A DNA stretch of 64,000 bases from the NCBI GenBank assembly GCA_050250895.1, contig JBFWNU010000007.1, positions 288,001 to 352,000 of the forward strand, in the 5' to 3' direction. The notes beneath the pieces are model-generated. The model saw only the letters and a program-made list of their open reading frames with translations, ran no database searches and was not told the DNA's origin. The position numbers and the translations under genes were made by a program. Source of the stretch: Vulcanimicrobiota bacterium (GTDB taxonomy: Bacteria > Vulcanimicrobiota > Xenobia > Xenobiales > JADMJV01). The first letter of the stretch is position 1; every line of letters begins with the position of its first letter. This document shows positions 1 to 10,472 of this stretch, in pieces.

Positions 1-903
1 CCCTTCACCACGGTGGGTCGTCCCCCCCAGGAGGATTCGGTCTTCGGCAAGCTGATCCATGACCTGACCGCTCCCCTGATGCCCACCGTGTTGGCCGGAG
101 TTCACGCCGTGCACGCCGTGGACGAGGCGGGCGTTCATCCCCTGCTGTTGGCTCAGGCCAGTGAGCGCTACGAGCCTTATCGTGCCCGCCAGCGTCCCCA
201 AGAATTGCTGACCTGCGCGAACGCCATCCTGGGCCAGGGCCAGCTTTCTTTGGCCAAATTCCTCTTTTTGGTCGCCCGCGAGGATGATCCCCAACTCGAC
301 ATTCACGACTCGCGAGCCTTCTTTTTACATCTGCTGCAACGAGTGGACTGGAGGGTCGATCTGCACTTTCACACCCAGACCACCATCGATACGCTGGACT
401 ATTCGGGCGACGCGCTCAACCAGGGCTCCAAGCTCGTCGTGGCAGCGGTGGGTGAACCCAGGCGCGGGTTGTCCGGCGAGCTGCCCCAGCTGAGTCTGCC
501 GCGAGATTTTGCCAACCCCCGCGTTTGCGCCCCCGGCATCCTGGCCCTGACCGGGCCTGCCTACTCGCGACCGGCCGAATACGACCCCCGCCTGCTCGAG
601 TTGTGCGGGCAGCTACCGCTCGATCTGGCCTTTCCTCTGGTGGTGGTGGGAGACGACTCGGATTTTCTGGCGGCCGATTTCTCGAACTTTCTCTGGGCCA
701 CGTTCACCCGCGCCAACCCGGCCGCCGATGTTTATGGTTGTGATGCGTTTGTGCATCAAAAGCACTGGGGCTGCCGGGGAGCGCTGGTGATCGATGCCCG
801 CAGCAAGCCTCACCACGCCCCACCCCTCGAGGAGGACCCCCAGGTCGTAGCCCGGATTGAATCCTGGGCGGGCCCGCGCGGACCGTTGGCCGGCCTGTTC
901 TGA
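1..903 (+). CDS. UbiD-family decarboxylase, C-terminal part (gene starts before the window)
   Basis: Frame open from base 1 (PFTTVGRPPQED). Contains GRPPQED, LSLAKF, TTIDTLDYSG, LWATFTRANPAAD and IDARSKP, typical of long UbiD/menaquinone-type decarboxylases. Confidence 0.85.
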   Translation, partial: PFTTVGRPPQEDSVFGKLIHDLTAPLMPTVLAGVHAVHAVDEAGVHPLLLAQASERYEPYRARQRPQELLTCANAILGQGQLSLAKFLFLVAREDDPQLDIHDSRAFFLHLLQRVDWRVDLHFHTQTTIDTLDYSGDALNQGSKLVVAAVGEPRRGLSGELPQLSLPRDFANPRVCAPGILALTGPAYSRPAEYDPRLLELCGQLPLDLAFPLVVVGDDSDFLAADFSNFLWATFTRANPAADVYGCDAFVHQKHWGCRGALVIDARSKPHHAPPLEEDPQVVARIESWAGPRGPLAGLF

Positions 904-947
904 GCGGCGAGAGGAGCTGTCTCTTTTTCTCGAGAATCGGTACGGTT

Positions 948-1682
948 GTGAAACGCTTATGGCTATTGGTCCTGCTGCTTTTTCTCTCGAGCGGCGTCCG
1001 GGCCGACGACAAATGTGTGTTTTGTGGCGGCCATACCGAGGTTCGAACCCTGAAGTATCGCGATGGCTCACACCCTGTTTGCCAACTCTGCGTCAAGCGG
1101 TTATCGACCTGCGTTCTCTGCGGTCTACCCGCCAAGGGACCGGCGGGCCAGGATGGGCGCATGATCTGCCAGTTCTGTCGCCAGGTTGGGGTCTTTACTC
1201 AAGCCGAACTCGACGGCATCTTCACCAAGGTGCGCAAGTATGTCGACAAAGAACTGGCGGGCACGGCCGTGAGCGCCTCGCTTTATGTCCAGATTGCCGA
1301 CAAAGACGAGCTGCAGACCAAGCTCAACGAAGGAGGGCGGGCGGTCGACGCCAACGGCTTTTACCAGCCCTACAACCCGGAAAAGATCTACATTTTGACC
1401 GGTCTCACCCGGGGCGAGTGCGCCGGGGTGGCAGCCCACGAGTATACCCACGCCTGGCAGAGTCGCAACTGCCCGTCGCAAGACAGGGCTCTGACGGAGG
1501 GGTTTGCTTGCTGGGTTCAGTACCACTACCTGGTCTCGGCCGGGTTTCAAGAGGATGCGCGCCAGTTGTTGGGACGAGCTGACGCCGACTACGGCCAATC
1601 TCTGCACAAGCTGTTGGAGATGGAGAAGAAGGTGGGCGTGAAGAAGGTGATTGAATACGCCCGCACCGCCCGCGATCTATAA
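948..1682 (+). CDS. Secreted DA1-like zinc metallopeptidase with N-terminal Cys-rich (LIM-like) region
   Basis: Signal peptide MKRLWLLVLLL..VRA; four CxxC pairs; AHEYTHAW zinc motif followed by EGFACW. Confidence 0.7.
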   Translation: MKRLWLLVLLLFLSSGVRADDKCVFCGGHTEVRTLKYRDGSHPVCQLCVKRLSTCVLCGLPAKGPAGQDGRMICQFCRQVGVFTQAELDGIFTKVRKYVDKELAGTAVSASLYVQIADKDELQTKLNEGGRAVDANGFYQPYNPEKIYILTGLTRGECAGVAAHEYTHAWQSRNCPSQDRALTEGFACWVQYHYLVSAGFQEDARQLLGRADADYGQSLHKLLEMEKKVGVKKVIEYARTARDL

Positions 1683-2012
1683 CTCGCCCCAGTCGAGTTT
1701 TGCGGGGTGTTCGGTTTGCATCAGGCCCGAGGCGTGACGGATGCGGATGCGGGTGTCCTGGTGGAGGTGGGATTCGAGCTGAGACTTGACCACCGATAGG
1801 CCCGTTCCCAGATACATCTCTTCATTGAAGTTCTGCTTGGTGCTGGTGAAATCGCCCTCGAAGATGACCTCGTAGCGAAAGACGTGGTTGTCGTGCCGGG
1901 TCACCGTGGCTCTCACGGTAGCCCCTTTGGCCCCGGAGCCTTCGGCGCTAGCCGCGATCTTGAAGAATTTTTCGGGCTCGTTGCGCAGACGATATTCGAC
2001 AGTTTCGCTCAC
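1677..2012 (-). CDS. Hypothetical protein
   Basis: ORF fills the gap and has a natural composition; likely GTG start at 2012. Confidence 0.55.
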   Translation of the reverse strand: MSETVEYRLRNEPEKFFKIAASAEGSGAKGATVRATVTRHDNHVFRYEVIFEGDFTSTKQNFNEEMYLGTGLSVVKSQLESHLHQDTRIRIRHASGLMQTEHPAKLDWGEL

Positions 2013-2131
2013 GGGGCAACGCTTCTCGAGTCGCAAGGCGATCCCTGCGGCAAAGATTTTCGATCTCTTTCGGTAGGTCCGCCTGCGGGGGGTCGGGAAG
2101 AAGACCCGGCCCGAACGCTACGGGTCATGAA

Positions 2132-5100
2132 ATGGTTTACTTAAAGGAGTTTCTGGTGTCTAAAAGACCCTGGTTGATTATCTTACTTGGTCTGTTGGTG
2201 CTGGCCGGTTGTCGCACCCAGCAGACGACCCTCATCAATGAAGTCAAGCCCGTCCTGCCTGCCGGTGAGCGACGCCCGGTCGAAGTGGTGCTGGCTTCCC
2301 CGCAGGGGTTGACCACCAGCACCAATGACTATGACTCGGTGACGGTGGTCTTTAACCAGGCCATGCACCCACTTTCGGCTTTGCCCAAAGACGGCCCGAA
2401 GGGACCGCTGACCCTCGAGCCTCAGGTGAGCGGAACTTACCACTGGAAGGGCACGGCCACGCTAGAGTTTCGACCCTCCAAGCCGCTACCGTTCGGCACC
2501 AAATTTGTCGGCAAGGTCGCCAAAGGCACCAAATCGTGGGCCGAGACCGAACTGGCTCAGGACTATCAGTTCGAGTTCATCACTCCCGGCCCTATCCTCA
2601 AAGGGTCGGTGCCGGCCGGCAACGCTCAGGGGGTGTCCCCCAAAGCTAACGTTCGCCTGGTCTTCAACCAGCCCATGGATGCCGACAAAGCCAAAGAATC
2701 GGTGTTGTTCTATCGGCTCGACGCCAAGACCGGCAAGACGGTCGACGTGCCGTTCAAGCTGCGCGCCGCCACGGCCGCCGATTTTGACCAGGAGCAGCAA
2801 GACCCGCCGGTGGCCCAGTCGCTCATCCTCGAGCCGTCATCGCTGGAAGGAGAGACCTCTTACTCGGTCAAGCTCAAGGAAGGTCTGATGGGTCAGCAGG
2901 GCAGTCAGGGCGCCAGCAAGGTCGAACTGATCACGTTCACCACCTACGGCCCGCTGCGTCTGACCAACGACATCAAGAGTTCGGACAATCCCGAGCAAGG
3001 CTACGGTTTCCACTTTACCAACCCGGTCAAGATGTCGGACCTGGTAGCCAACCTGAAGATCGAGCCCGCCGTCGAGTTGCCCGAAGGCTACGCGCAGGAC
3101 AGCTATGAGTGGAGCGACCTCTTTCTCTATCTCGATTTCGAACCCCGCAAGACCTACAAGCTGAGCCTCAGCGGCAAGCTCAAGGATGCCTACGGCAACG
3201 AACTGGGCAAAGATGTGGAACTGACTCTGACCACCACCGACTATCAGCCTCGAGCCGGCATGGCCGAGGGGCTGGGCGTGCTCGAAGCGGCCGGTCCGCG
3301 CGTCATTCCGCTGGGTCTGCGCAACTTCAAGTCTTATCATCTGCGCCTGGCGGGCATCCCCGGTTCCCAGGTGCAGTCGGTCGTGACCTCCGATAAGGCC
3401 TTCTGGACCAGCAAGGCCTACACTCCTCCGGGAGGCTTCAAAGTCGACAAGGACGTGCCGGTCAAGACCCCGCTCAACGAGGCCGTCGATCGGCCTGTCG
3501 ACCTCAAAGCCGCCCTGGGCGGCTCGCGCTACGGCTACGTCTACTATCAGGTCCAGGTCGGCTCGGCCAGCAACGGATGGAATTTTCGCGGCCTGGCCCA
3601 GGTCACCAACCTGGGTTTGACCGCTAAATTTTCCCCCGAGAACATCGTGGTGCTGGCCGCTTCCCTCGATGGCGGCAAGCCGCTGCCAAAGGTGGCCGTT
3701 CAGGTGCGCGACGACAACGGCAAGGTTCTTTGGAAGGGCGTCACCGACAAGGAAGGTCTGGTGCAAGCTCCTGGTTGGGCCAAGCTCGGACTCAAGGCCA
3801 CCGGCGACTGGGGCGGACCCAGCCTCTGGGTCTTTGCCAACCAGGGCAAGGACGAGACCTTTGTTCGCTCCAACGGTTTTGGCGGCATTTCGCCCTGGAT
3901 GTTTGACCAGGTCAGCTACGACTGGGATCAACAAAAGGTAGAGTATGGCGCCCACGCCTTTTCGGAGCGCGGTCTGTACCGCCCCGGAGAAGAGGTCTTC
4001 TTGAAGGGCACCATGCGCCAGAAGGCTGCCGGCCGCTGGCAGTTGCCCGAGGTCAAGCAGGTTCACTTCAAGCTTACCGACTCACGGGACAAGGAAGTGG
4101 TCAAGGGCACCCTGCCGGTCAACTCCTTCGGGTCGTTCGACCAGCAGCTCGACCTGCCCAAAGACTGTCCTACCGGCACCTATCAGGTCGCTTACAGCCT
4201 GGACGGGGGGCGCTATCTCTGCTCAGAGAGCTTCCGGGTCGAGGCCTTCGAGCCGGCCCAGTTCGAGGTGACCGTCGAGGCCGGTGACGGGCCGCTGGTG
4301 GCCGGTGACAGCTACGAATTCGATATCAAGGGTTGGTATCTCTTCGGGGCCCCGATGCAAGGCGAGCCCGGCACCTGGACCGCCCGGCTCGAACCCCACA
4401 CCATTCAACCCGAAGGGTATGACGGTTATGATTTCGGTCCGGGTTACTTCGGCGACGAGACTCCTGACGAGGCCACCAAGCTGGCCAACGCTGCGGGCAA
4501 GCTCGATGATAAGGGTCTGTTGCACGGCCAGGTCAAGCTCGACGGTATGACCTTCAAAGGGGATGGCCTGTTGGTGGTGGAGGGAACGGTCACGTCGCCC
4601 ACCCGCCAACAGCTTTCGGGCCGCAAAAGAATTCCCGTCCATCGTGGCGAGTTTCATGTCGGGCTACGACCGTCCTCGAGCTTCGTGCCCACTAAGAAGG
4701 CGGTCGACCTCGACCTGGTGGCCATCAGCCCCAAAGGCGACACCTTGCAAGGCAAGTCGGTCAAGGTCGAGATGGTGCGTCGCGAGTGGAACTCGGTGCG
4801 TAAGGCCGATGTGGGCGGCGCCTATCGCTGGGTGGTCGAAACCCAGGATAAGGTGCTGGACACCTTCGAGGTGCGCAGCGCCGTCAAGCCGGCCACCTTC
4901 CAGCTGACTCCACCCGAGCCGGGTTTTTATCTGGTGCGGGCCACCGCCAACGACGGTCGCAACAACAACATTCTCACCACCAGCTACTTCTACGCCTACG
5001 GTGATGGTTATGTGCCGTGGGGGCGCAGCGACGATGACGTGATCGAGCTGGTGGCCGACAAGAATCGCTACGCTCCCGGCGACACGGCTCGCATTCTGGT

Positions 5101-7750
5101 GAAGTCGCCCTATGAGAAAGCCACCGCTCTCATCACGGTCGAGCGCGAACTGATTATGGAGCGCTATGTGCGCGACCTCGAAGGCAGCGCAGCGACCTTC
5201 GACTTGCCCATCCAATCCGAGCATTTGCCCAACGTTTATGTCTCGGTAGTGCTGCTACAGGGTCGTATCCCTGACAAAGGCTTTACCGAGGACGGCGACG
5301 ACCTGGGCAAGCCTTCCTTCAAGATCGGCTATCTGAATCTGCCGGTGACGGCGGTCGAAAAGCGGCTCACCGTCAAGGTCAAGCCCGACCGCGAAACCTA
5401 CGGTCCGGGCGAAGAGGTGAAAGCCTCTTTAGAAGTGGTCGATCAGGATGGCAAGCCGGTCAAAGCCGAGGTCAGTCTCTCGGTGGCCGACCAGGGCGTA
5501 CTCGGGCTGATCGGCTACCAGACCCCCGACTACTTCGACAGCTTCTATGGAATTCGCTCGCTGCGCGTGCGCACGGCCGAGACGCGCCTGGACGTCATCG
5601 GGCAGCGCAGCTATGGCACCAAAGGCGAGAATGACGGCGGTGGCGGCGGTTTCAACGCTCCCTATCGCGAGGATTTCCGCTATACTGCCTACTGGAACCC
5701 GTCCATCGAGACCGACGATCAGGGCAAGGCCAGCGTGGCCTTCAACCTGCCCGAGAACCTGACCACTTTCCGCCTGATGGCTACGGCGGCCACCCCCGCC
5801 TCGCAGTTTGGCTCGGGCGAGAGCAAGCTGGTGGTCAACAAGCCCCTCTTGATGAAGCCTTCCATCCCTCGCTTCGCGCGGGTAGGCGACAGCTTCCAGG
5901 CCGGGGTGCTGGCCTTCAACAACTCCGACAAACAGTTGGGTGTGACCATCACGGTCAAAGCCGAAGGGGTCGAGCGCACCGGTCACACTTCGACCACCAT
6001 CGCCCTCGAGCCGGGTCAAGAACAAGAAGTGCTCTTCCCCTTCAAGTCCGACAAGCCCGGAGAGGCCGTCTTGAAGTTCGACGCCGTGATGGGCGCCGAG
6101 CATGACGGGCTCAAACTGACCTTCCCGGTCCAGCTGCCTCAGGCCACCGAGTCGGTGGCAACTTCGGGAAGCCTCACCGAAGATCGCAAAGACGAAAAGG
6201 TCGAGGTCCCTCCCGATGCCGTTCCGGGCACGACCACTTTGACCATTCGCCTGGCCTCGACTGCCCTCGGTGGCCTGGACAACTCGGTGATGGCCCTGTT
6301 GGAATATCCCTACGGCTGTCTCGAGCAGACCATGTCGCGGGTGGCCCCGCTGGTGCTGGCCGAAGAGTTGGTGCTCGCCTACGACTTCGAGGGCTATGAT
6401 CAGGCCAAGGTCAAGACGCGCGTTCAGACCGCCCTCGACTCGCTGCCGAACTTCCAACTCGAGAACGGCGGCTACGGCCTCTGGACCGACTCGAAGTACG
6501 CCAACCCGTACGCCACCGCCTACGCTCTGCAGGTGGCCAAGCTCTCGGCCGACCGTGGCTACAAGGTGAATCAATCCAGCCTCAAGAAGGCGCGCGAGTT
6601 CCTGCGCAAGTTCATGCAAGGCGAGATTCGCCTGGAGTATCCCATCTCGGACGACGAGTTGCTGGCGTTGAAGGCCTCGGGAGGCTACGCTCGCGCGGTC
6701 TGGGGCGATCTCGACGCGGCCACGGTGAGCAACCTCTATGGCAAGCGCGACAAACTGCCGTTGGTGGGCAAGTTGTACCTGCTCAAAACGGCTCGACTGA
6801 CCAAGCAGAAAGAGGTGGTGGCCACCCTCGAGCGCGAGTTGACCAATGCGGTTAAGATCGAGGCCGAGACGGCTCACTTCGAGGTCGACCCCAACGAACT
6901 CAGCTGGCTCTACAGCACCAACATTCGGGACACGGCGCTGATTTTGCAGGCTTTGCTGGAAGGCGAAAAGGAGTTCCCGGTGGCCGACAAGGTGGTTCGC
7001 TGGCTCAGCGAGTCGCGCACCCGTAGCGGAGGCTGGGGCAGCACCCAGAACAACTTCGCGGCCATCTATGCGCTGGTCACCTATCAAAAGCGCTACGAGA
7101 AAGACCCGGCTGACTTTACCGCTCGGGCGGTTCTGGGTGACAAGGAACTGGTGAGCGAGGTCTTCAAGGGTCGCCAGACCCAGGTGAAAAGTAGTAGGAC
7201 CGAACTCGGCCAGGAGCAATCTGGCACCCTTTCGCTGGTCAAACAAGGCAAGGGACGCCTCTATTATGGCCTCACGATGACCTATGCTCCGGCCGTGGAA
7301 ATGCCTCCGCGGGACGAGGGCATGGCGGTTTTCAAGACCATCAGCCGGCTCAGCGATGGCAAAGCCGTCGCCGATCTCGAGGCGGGCAAGACCTACAAAG
7401 TCACCCTGTCGGTGGTCACGCCCCGAGAGCGCCATTTCGTGGTGGTGGAAGATCCTATTCCGGCCGGAACCGAGATCGTGCAATCGACCTTCGAGACCGA
7501 GTCTGACGAGATGCGTGAATTGCTACGCCTGGCCAATGTCAGCGCCTGGTACACGTTCAATCACTTCGAGAGCTATGATGATCGGGTGTTGCTCTTTGCC
7601 GACGGCCTCGCGGCCGGAGAGTACACCTACGAATACCTGATTCGGGCCCGACTGCCCGGCGACTATGCCATGCCGGCCACCAAGGTCGAGCAGATGTATC
7701 ATGCGGAGGTGTTCGGCACGACCAGCAAACAGACCGTGAAGATTCGGTGA
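2132..7750 (+). CDS. Bacterial alpha-2-macroglobulin family lipoprotein
   Basis: 1872 aa; lipobox LAGC; Ig/MG domains (ERGLYRPGE); thioester motif YPYGCLEQ; WGSTQ; C-terminal DPIPAG..E and AxVEQMY; adjacent to pbpC. Confidence 0.95.
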   Translation: MVYLKEFLVSKRPWLIILLGLLVLAGCRTQQTTLINEVKPVLPAGERRPVEVVLASPQGLTTSTNDYDSVTVVFNQAMHPLSALPKDGPKGPLTLEPQVSGTYHWKGTATLEFRPSKPLPFGTKFVGKVAKGTKSWAETELAQDYQFEFITPGPILKGSVPAGNAQGVSPKANVRLVFNQPMDADKAKESVLFYRLDAKTGKTVDVPFKLRAATAADFDQEQQDPPVAQSLILEPSSLEGETSYSVKLKEGLMGQQGSQGASKVELITFTTYGPLRLTNDIKSSDNPEQGYGFHFTNPVKMSDLVANLKIEPAVELPEGYAQDSYEWSDLFLYLDFEPRKTYKLSLSGKLKDAYGNELGKDVELTLTTTDYQPRAGMAEGLGVLEAAGPRVIPLGLRNFKSYHLRLAGIPGSQVQSVVTSDKAFWTSKAYTPPGGFKVDKDVPVKTPLNEAVDRPVDLKAALGGSRYGYVYYQVQVGSASNGWNFRGLAQVTNLGLTAKFSPENIVVLAASLDGGKPLPKVAVQVRDDNGKVLWKGVTDKEGLVQAPGWAKLGLKATGDWGGPSLWVFANQGKDETFVRSNGFGGISPWMFDQVSYDWDQQKVEYGAHAFSERGLYRPGEEVFLKGTMRQKAAGRWQLPEVKQVHFKLTDSRDKEVVKGTLPVNSFGSFDQQLDLPKDCPTGTYQVAYSLDGGRYLCSESFRVEAFEPAQFEVTVEAGDGPLVAGDSYEFDIKGWYLFGAPMQGEPGTWTARLEPHTIQPEGYDGYDFGPGYFGDETPDEATKLANAAGKLDDKGLLHGQVKLDGMTFKGDGLLVVEGTVTSPTRQQLSGRKRIPVHRGEFHVGLRPSSSFVPTKKAVDLDLVAISPKGDTLQGKSVKVEMVRREWNSVRKADVGGAYRWVVETQDKVLDTFEVRSAVKPATFQLTPPEPGFYLVRATANDGRNNNILTTSYFYAYGDGYVPWGRSDDDVIELVADKNRYAPGDTARILVKSPYEKATALITVERELIMERYVRDLEGSAATFDLPIQSEHLPNVYVSVVLLQGRIPDKGFTEDGDDLGKPSFKIGYLNLPVTAVEKRLTVKVKPDRETYGPGEEVKASLEVVDQDGKPVKAEVSLSVADQGVLGLIGYQTPDYFDSFYGIRSLRVRTAETRLDVIGQRSYGTKGENDGGGGGFNAPYREDFRYTAYWNPSIETDDQGKASVAFNLPENLTTFRLMATAATPASQFGSGESKLVVNKPLLMKPSIPRFARVGDSFQAGVLAFNNSDKQLGVTITVKAEGVERTGHTSTTIALEPGQEQEVLFPFKSDKPGEAVLKFDAVMGAEHDGLKLTFPVQLPQATESVATSGSLTEDRKDEKVEVPPDAVPGTTTLTIRLASTALGGLDNSVMALLEYPYGCLEQTMSRVAPLVLAEELVLAYDFEGYDQAKVKTRVQTALDSLPNFQLENGGYGLWTDSKYANPYATAYALQVAKLSADRGYKVNQSSLKKAREFLRKFMQGEIRLEYPISDDELLALKASGGYARAVWGDLDAATVSNLYGKRDKLPLVGKLYLLKTARLTKQKEVVATLERELTNAVKIEAETAHFEVDPNELSWLYSTNIRDTALILQALLEGEKEFPVADKVVRWLSESRTRSGGWGSTQNNFAAIYALVTYQKRYEKDPADFTARAVLGDKELVSEVFKGRQTQVKSSRTELGQEQSGTLSLVKQGKGRLYYGLTMTYAPAVEMPPRDEGMAVFKTISRLSDGKAVADLEAGKTYKVTLSVVTPRERHFVVVEDPIPAGTEIVQSTFETESDEMRELLRLANVSAWYTFNHFESYDDRVLLFADGLAAGEYTYEYLIRARLPGDYAMPATKVEQMYHAEVFGTTSKQTVKIR

Positions 7751-10041
7751 GGTCCCGTTGGCGAAAATTGTTGCTGCTCGGCCTGGCCGGGTTGGTGGTG
7801 TTTTTCGCCGTGCCTGTGCCGGAGCCCCTGGCTCGACCCGACCAGGGGTTGTCGTTGCGGCTGGTCGACCGCCATGGCCAGGTCCTGCGCGAGGTGCTCT
7901 CGCCTCGCGCGGGGGTGGAGACCTGGGTTGGTCTCGAAGGCGTATCCTCGCATTTCGTGGCCGCCATGGTCTGCTCGGAAGACCAGCGTTTTTACTGGCA
8001 CCCGGGCGTTGACCCTCTGGCCGTCGGCCGGGCGATGCGAGCCAACTGGCAGGCTGGTCGAGCCCTCGAGGGTGGGTCGACCATCACCCAGCAATTGGTG
8101 CGCAACCTGTTGCCCGAGCGTCCGCGTACGGTGGTGGCCAAACTGGCCGAGACCTATTGGGCCGTGCGACTCGAGGCCCGCCTGTCCAAGCGGCGCATCC
8201 TCGAGTGCTACCTCAATCGCATCTCGTTTGGTAACCAGTGCTACGGTATCGAGTCGGCCTCCCGGTTGTATTTTTCCAAGCCGGCCTCGGAACTCTCGCT
8301 GGCGCAGGCGGCCTTTCTGGCGGTCATCCCCCGCTCGCCCGGCAGCCTCGATCCTTATCGAGAAGAGCAGAAAGCAACCATTCAAAAGCTATCCGGCCAA
8401 CTGCTGACCCGGGTGCAAGAAGCCGGTCTGGCCTCGGCCGAGGCGGTGGCTGTGGCCCGGCGAGAACCTATCGAGCTGTCGCCGCTGGCGCCGACCTTTC
8501 AGGCCGGCCACTTCACCGATCTGGTGCTCGATGGCGACCCCTCGGGGCCGGTGGTGAAGACCACTCTCGACCTCGGCCTGCAGCACCAGATCGAGGGTTT
8601 GCTGGCCGCCCATGTCAAGCGCCTGAAGGACCATCGCGTGGGTAACGGCGCGGTGGTCGTGCTCGACGTCGAAAGCGGTGATGTGTTGGCTCTGGCCGGT
8701 TCGGCCGACTACTTCGACTTTCGGGCCGAAGGGCAGTTCAACGCGGCCGTGGCCGGCCGCCAACCCGGCTCGACCCTCAAACCCTTCAACTATGGGTTGG
8801 CTATCGAGTCAGGCCAATCCTTGGCCAGCCTTTTGCCCGATATCGACCTCTATCCGGCCGACCAGGGCGACACGTTTATCCCGCGCAACTACGACTCTCG
8901 CTTTCACGGGCCGGTGCGACTGCGCACGGCGCTGGCCTGCTCCTACAATGTGCCGGCGGTGCGGGTGCTCGAGCGGGTCGGCACCGACCGCTTCTGGCGG
9001 CGCCTGCACGCCCTGGGTTTCGAGCACCTGACCGAAGACCCGGACCACTATGGTCTGGGCTTGACCCTGGGAGATGGCGAGGCCAGCTTGCTGGAGTTGG
9101 CCAACGCCTATCGCACCATTGCTCGCGGGGGCTCGCACACTCCTGTGCGTCTGCTCAGCCAGTCACCGGCCGTCGCCCCTCGCCAGGTGATGGACCCTCG
9201 CGCGGCCTTTCTCCTGACCAGCATCCTCAGTGACAACGCTGACCGCGTGGCCGCTTTCGGCAGCGAGAGTTCGTTAGCCCTGCCCTTTCCTTGCGCGGCC
9301 AAGACGGGCACCTCGAAGGGGTATCGCGACAATTGGACCATCGGCTTCACTCCCCGCTATGTGGTGGCTGTGTGGGTTGGCAACTTCGGCGGCGAGCCCA
9401 TGGTGGATGTCTCGGGTGTGACCGGGGCGGGCCCTCTCTTTCGCGACGTGTGCCTGACGCTCGGCTCCGGAGGCACCTTCGCCGTGCCCCCGGGGGTCAA
9501 CCAGCGAGCGGTTTGCCCGAATTCAGGACTGGCCCCGGGCCCGGATTGCCCGAATTCCATGCTGGAGTGGTTTCTCGAAGAAGCCCCTGCGCTGGGCCAA
9601 TGCGACGTGCACGAACGCATTACTCTCGACACCAGAACCGGCGCCCGAGCCGGGTCAGATTGCCCGGCGCGCTATCGCGAGACGAAGCTGTTCACCGTCT
9701 ATCCGCCCCTTTATCGTGACTGGATGCTCAGCGAACGCATGCCTGTGCCGCCCCCTGAAGGTGACCTGGCGGGTGAGGTTCGGGTCGCCTTTCCTCAGCC
9801 CGGCACGGTCTTCAAGCGCGATCCCGTGCTCCGGGAAGCTTATCAGAAACTGTCGCTCAAAGCGGTTCTTCCCAAGGGCACCCGGCGGGTCCAATGGTTT
9901 GTCGACGATCGCCTGGTGGGCACTACCCTGGAGCCTCGCTGCTGGTGGCAGATGCAGCCCGGGCCGCATCGGGTCAAGGTGGTGGCCGAAGGCCCCGGCG
10001 GGCCGCTGGCCAGTCGCGAGGTGGACTTTTCGGTCCGATGA
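7747..10041 (+). CDS. pbpC: Penicillin-binding protein 1C
   Basis: Transglycosylase motifs EDQRFYWHPGVD and GGSTITQQ; transpeptidase motifs STLK, SYN and KTGTS; overlaps the A2M stop codon (GTGA). Confidence 0.93.
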   Translation: MRSRWRKLLLLGLAGLVVFFAVPVPEPLARPDQGLSLRLVDRHGQVLREVLSPRAGVETWVGLEGVSSHFVAAMVCSEDQRFYWHPGVDPLAVGRAMRANWQAGRALEGGSTITQQLVRNLLPERPRTVVAKLAETYWAVRLEARLSKRRILECYLNRISFGNQCYGIESASRLYFSKPASELSLAQAAFLAVIPRSPGSLDPYREEQKATIQKLSGQLLTRVQEAGLASAEAVAVARREPIELSPLAPTFQAGHFTDLVLDGDPSGPVVKTTLDLGLQHQIEGLLAAHVKRLKDHRVGNGAVVVLDVESGDVLALAGSADYFDFRAEGQFNAAVAGRQPGSTLKPFNYGLAIESGQSLASLLPDIDLYPADQGDTFIPRNYDSRFHGPVRLRTALACSYNVPAVRVLERVGTDRFWRRLHALGFEHLTEDPDHYGLGLTLGDGEASLLELANAYRTIARGGSHTPVRLLSQSPAVAPRQVMDPRAAFLLTSILSDNADRVAAFGSESSLALPFPCAAKTGTSKGYRDNWTIGFTPRYVVAVWVGNFGGEPMVDVSGVTGAGPLFRDVCLTLGSGGTFAVPPGVNQRAVCPNSGLAPGPDCPNSMLEWFLEEAPALGQCDVHERITLDTRTGARAGSDCPARYRETKLFTVYPPLYRDWMLSERMPVPPPEGDLAGEVRVAFPQPGTVFKRDPVLREAYQKLSLKAVLPKGTRRVQWFVDDRLVGTTLEPRCWWQMQPGPHRVKVVAEGPGGPLASREVDFSVR

Positions 10042-10454
10042 GATGGCTCTTGCTGGTTCTATTGGTGGCTCCCATCCAGGCCCAGGAACTGCGCTTCCCC
10101 TACACTTTCGTCAAGGCCTCGGTCGAGATCCAGGTGATCAACTGCGAACTCACCAGCGATGGCAAGTATTTTCTGGTCCATTGCCGTTTGCGCTCGTTGG
10201 CGCGCGAGCCGCTGCGCGTCGCCTGGCGCGAATTGTTTCGACTGCAAACCCCGGCCGAACAGTGGCTGGGGCCAAACTATGATGCCGGGGTGGACCGGGG
10301 CGGCGGGCTGACCAGAACCTACGGCGACTTCGAACTCAAACCCCGCGAAAAGGTCAACCTGCTGGTGGCCTTTGCGCTGGCCAAGGACGAACTGCCGGCC
10401 CGCCTCGAGGCCGACGGCAAGCTCTCTAAACCCATGGGAGCGCCCCCGGGGTAA
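10038..10454 (+). CDS. Exported hypothetical protein (Ig-like/DUF4352-like)
   Basis: ATGA overlap with the pbpC stop; signal peptide MRWLLLVLLVAPIQA. Confidence 0.6.
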   Translation: MRWLLLVLLVAPIQAQELRFPYTFVKASVEIQVINCELTSDGKYFLVHCRLRSLAREPLRVAWRELFRLQTPAEQWLGPNYDAGVDRGGGLTRTYGDFELKPREKVNLLVAFALAKDELPARLEADGKLSKPMGAPPG

Positions 10455-10472
10455 CTCGGCGCAGCGCTCCCC

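Noticed and set aside
2837-7483. Long antisense ORFs (409 aa, 684 aa and others) opposite the A2M gene
   Set aside because: Shadow ORFs caused by GC-rich codon bias; no motifs, and fully overlapped by a clear gene.
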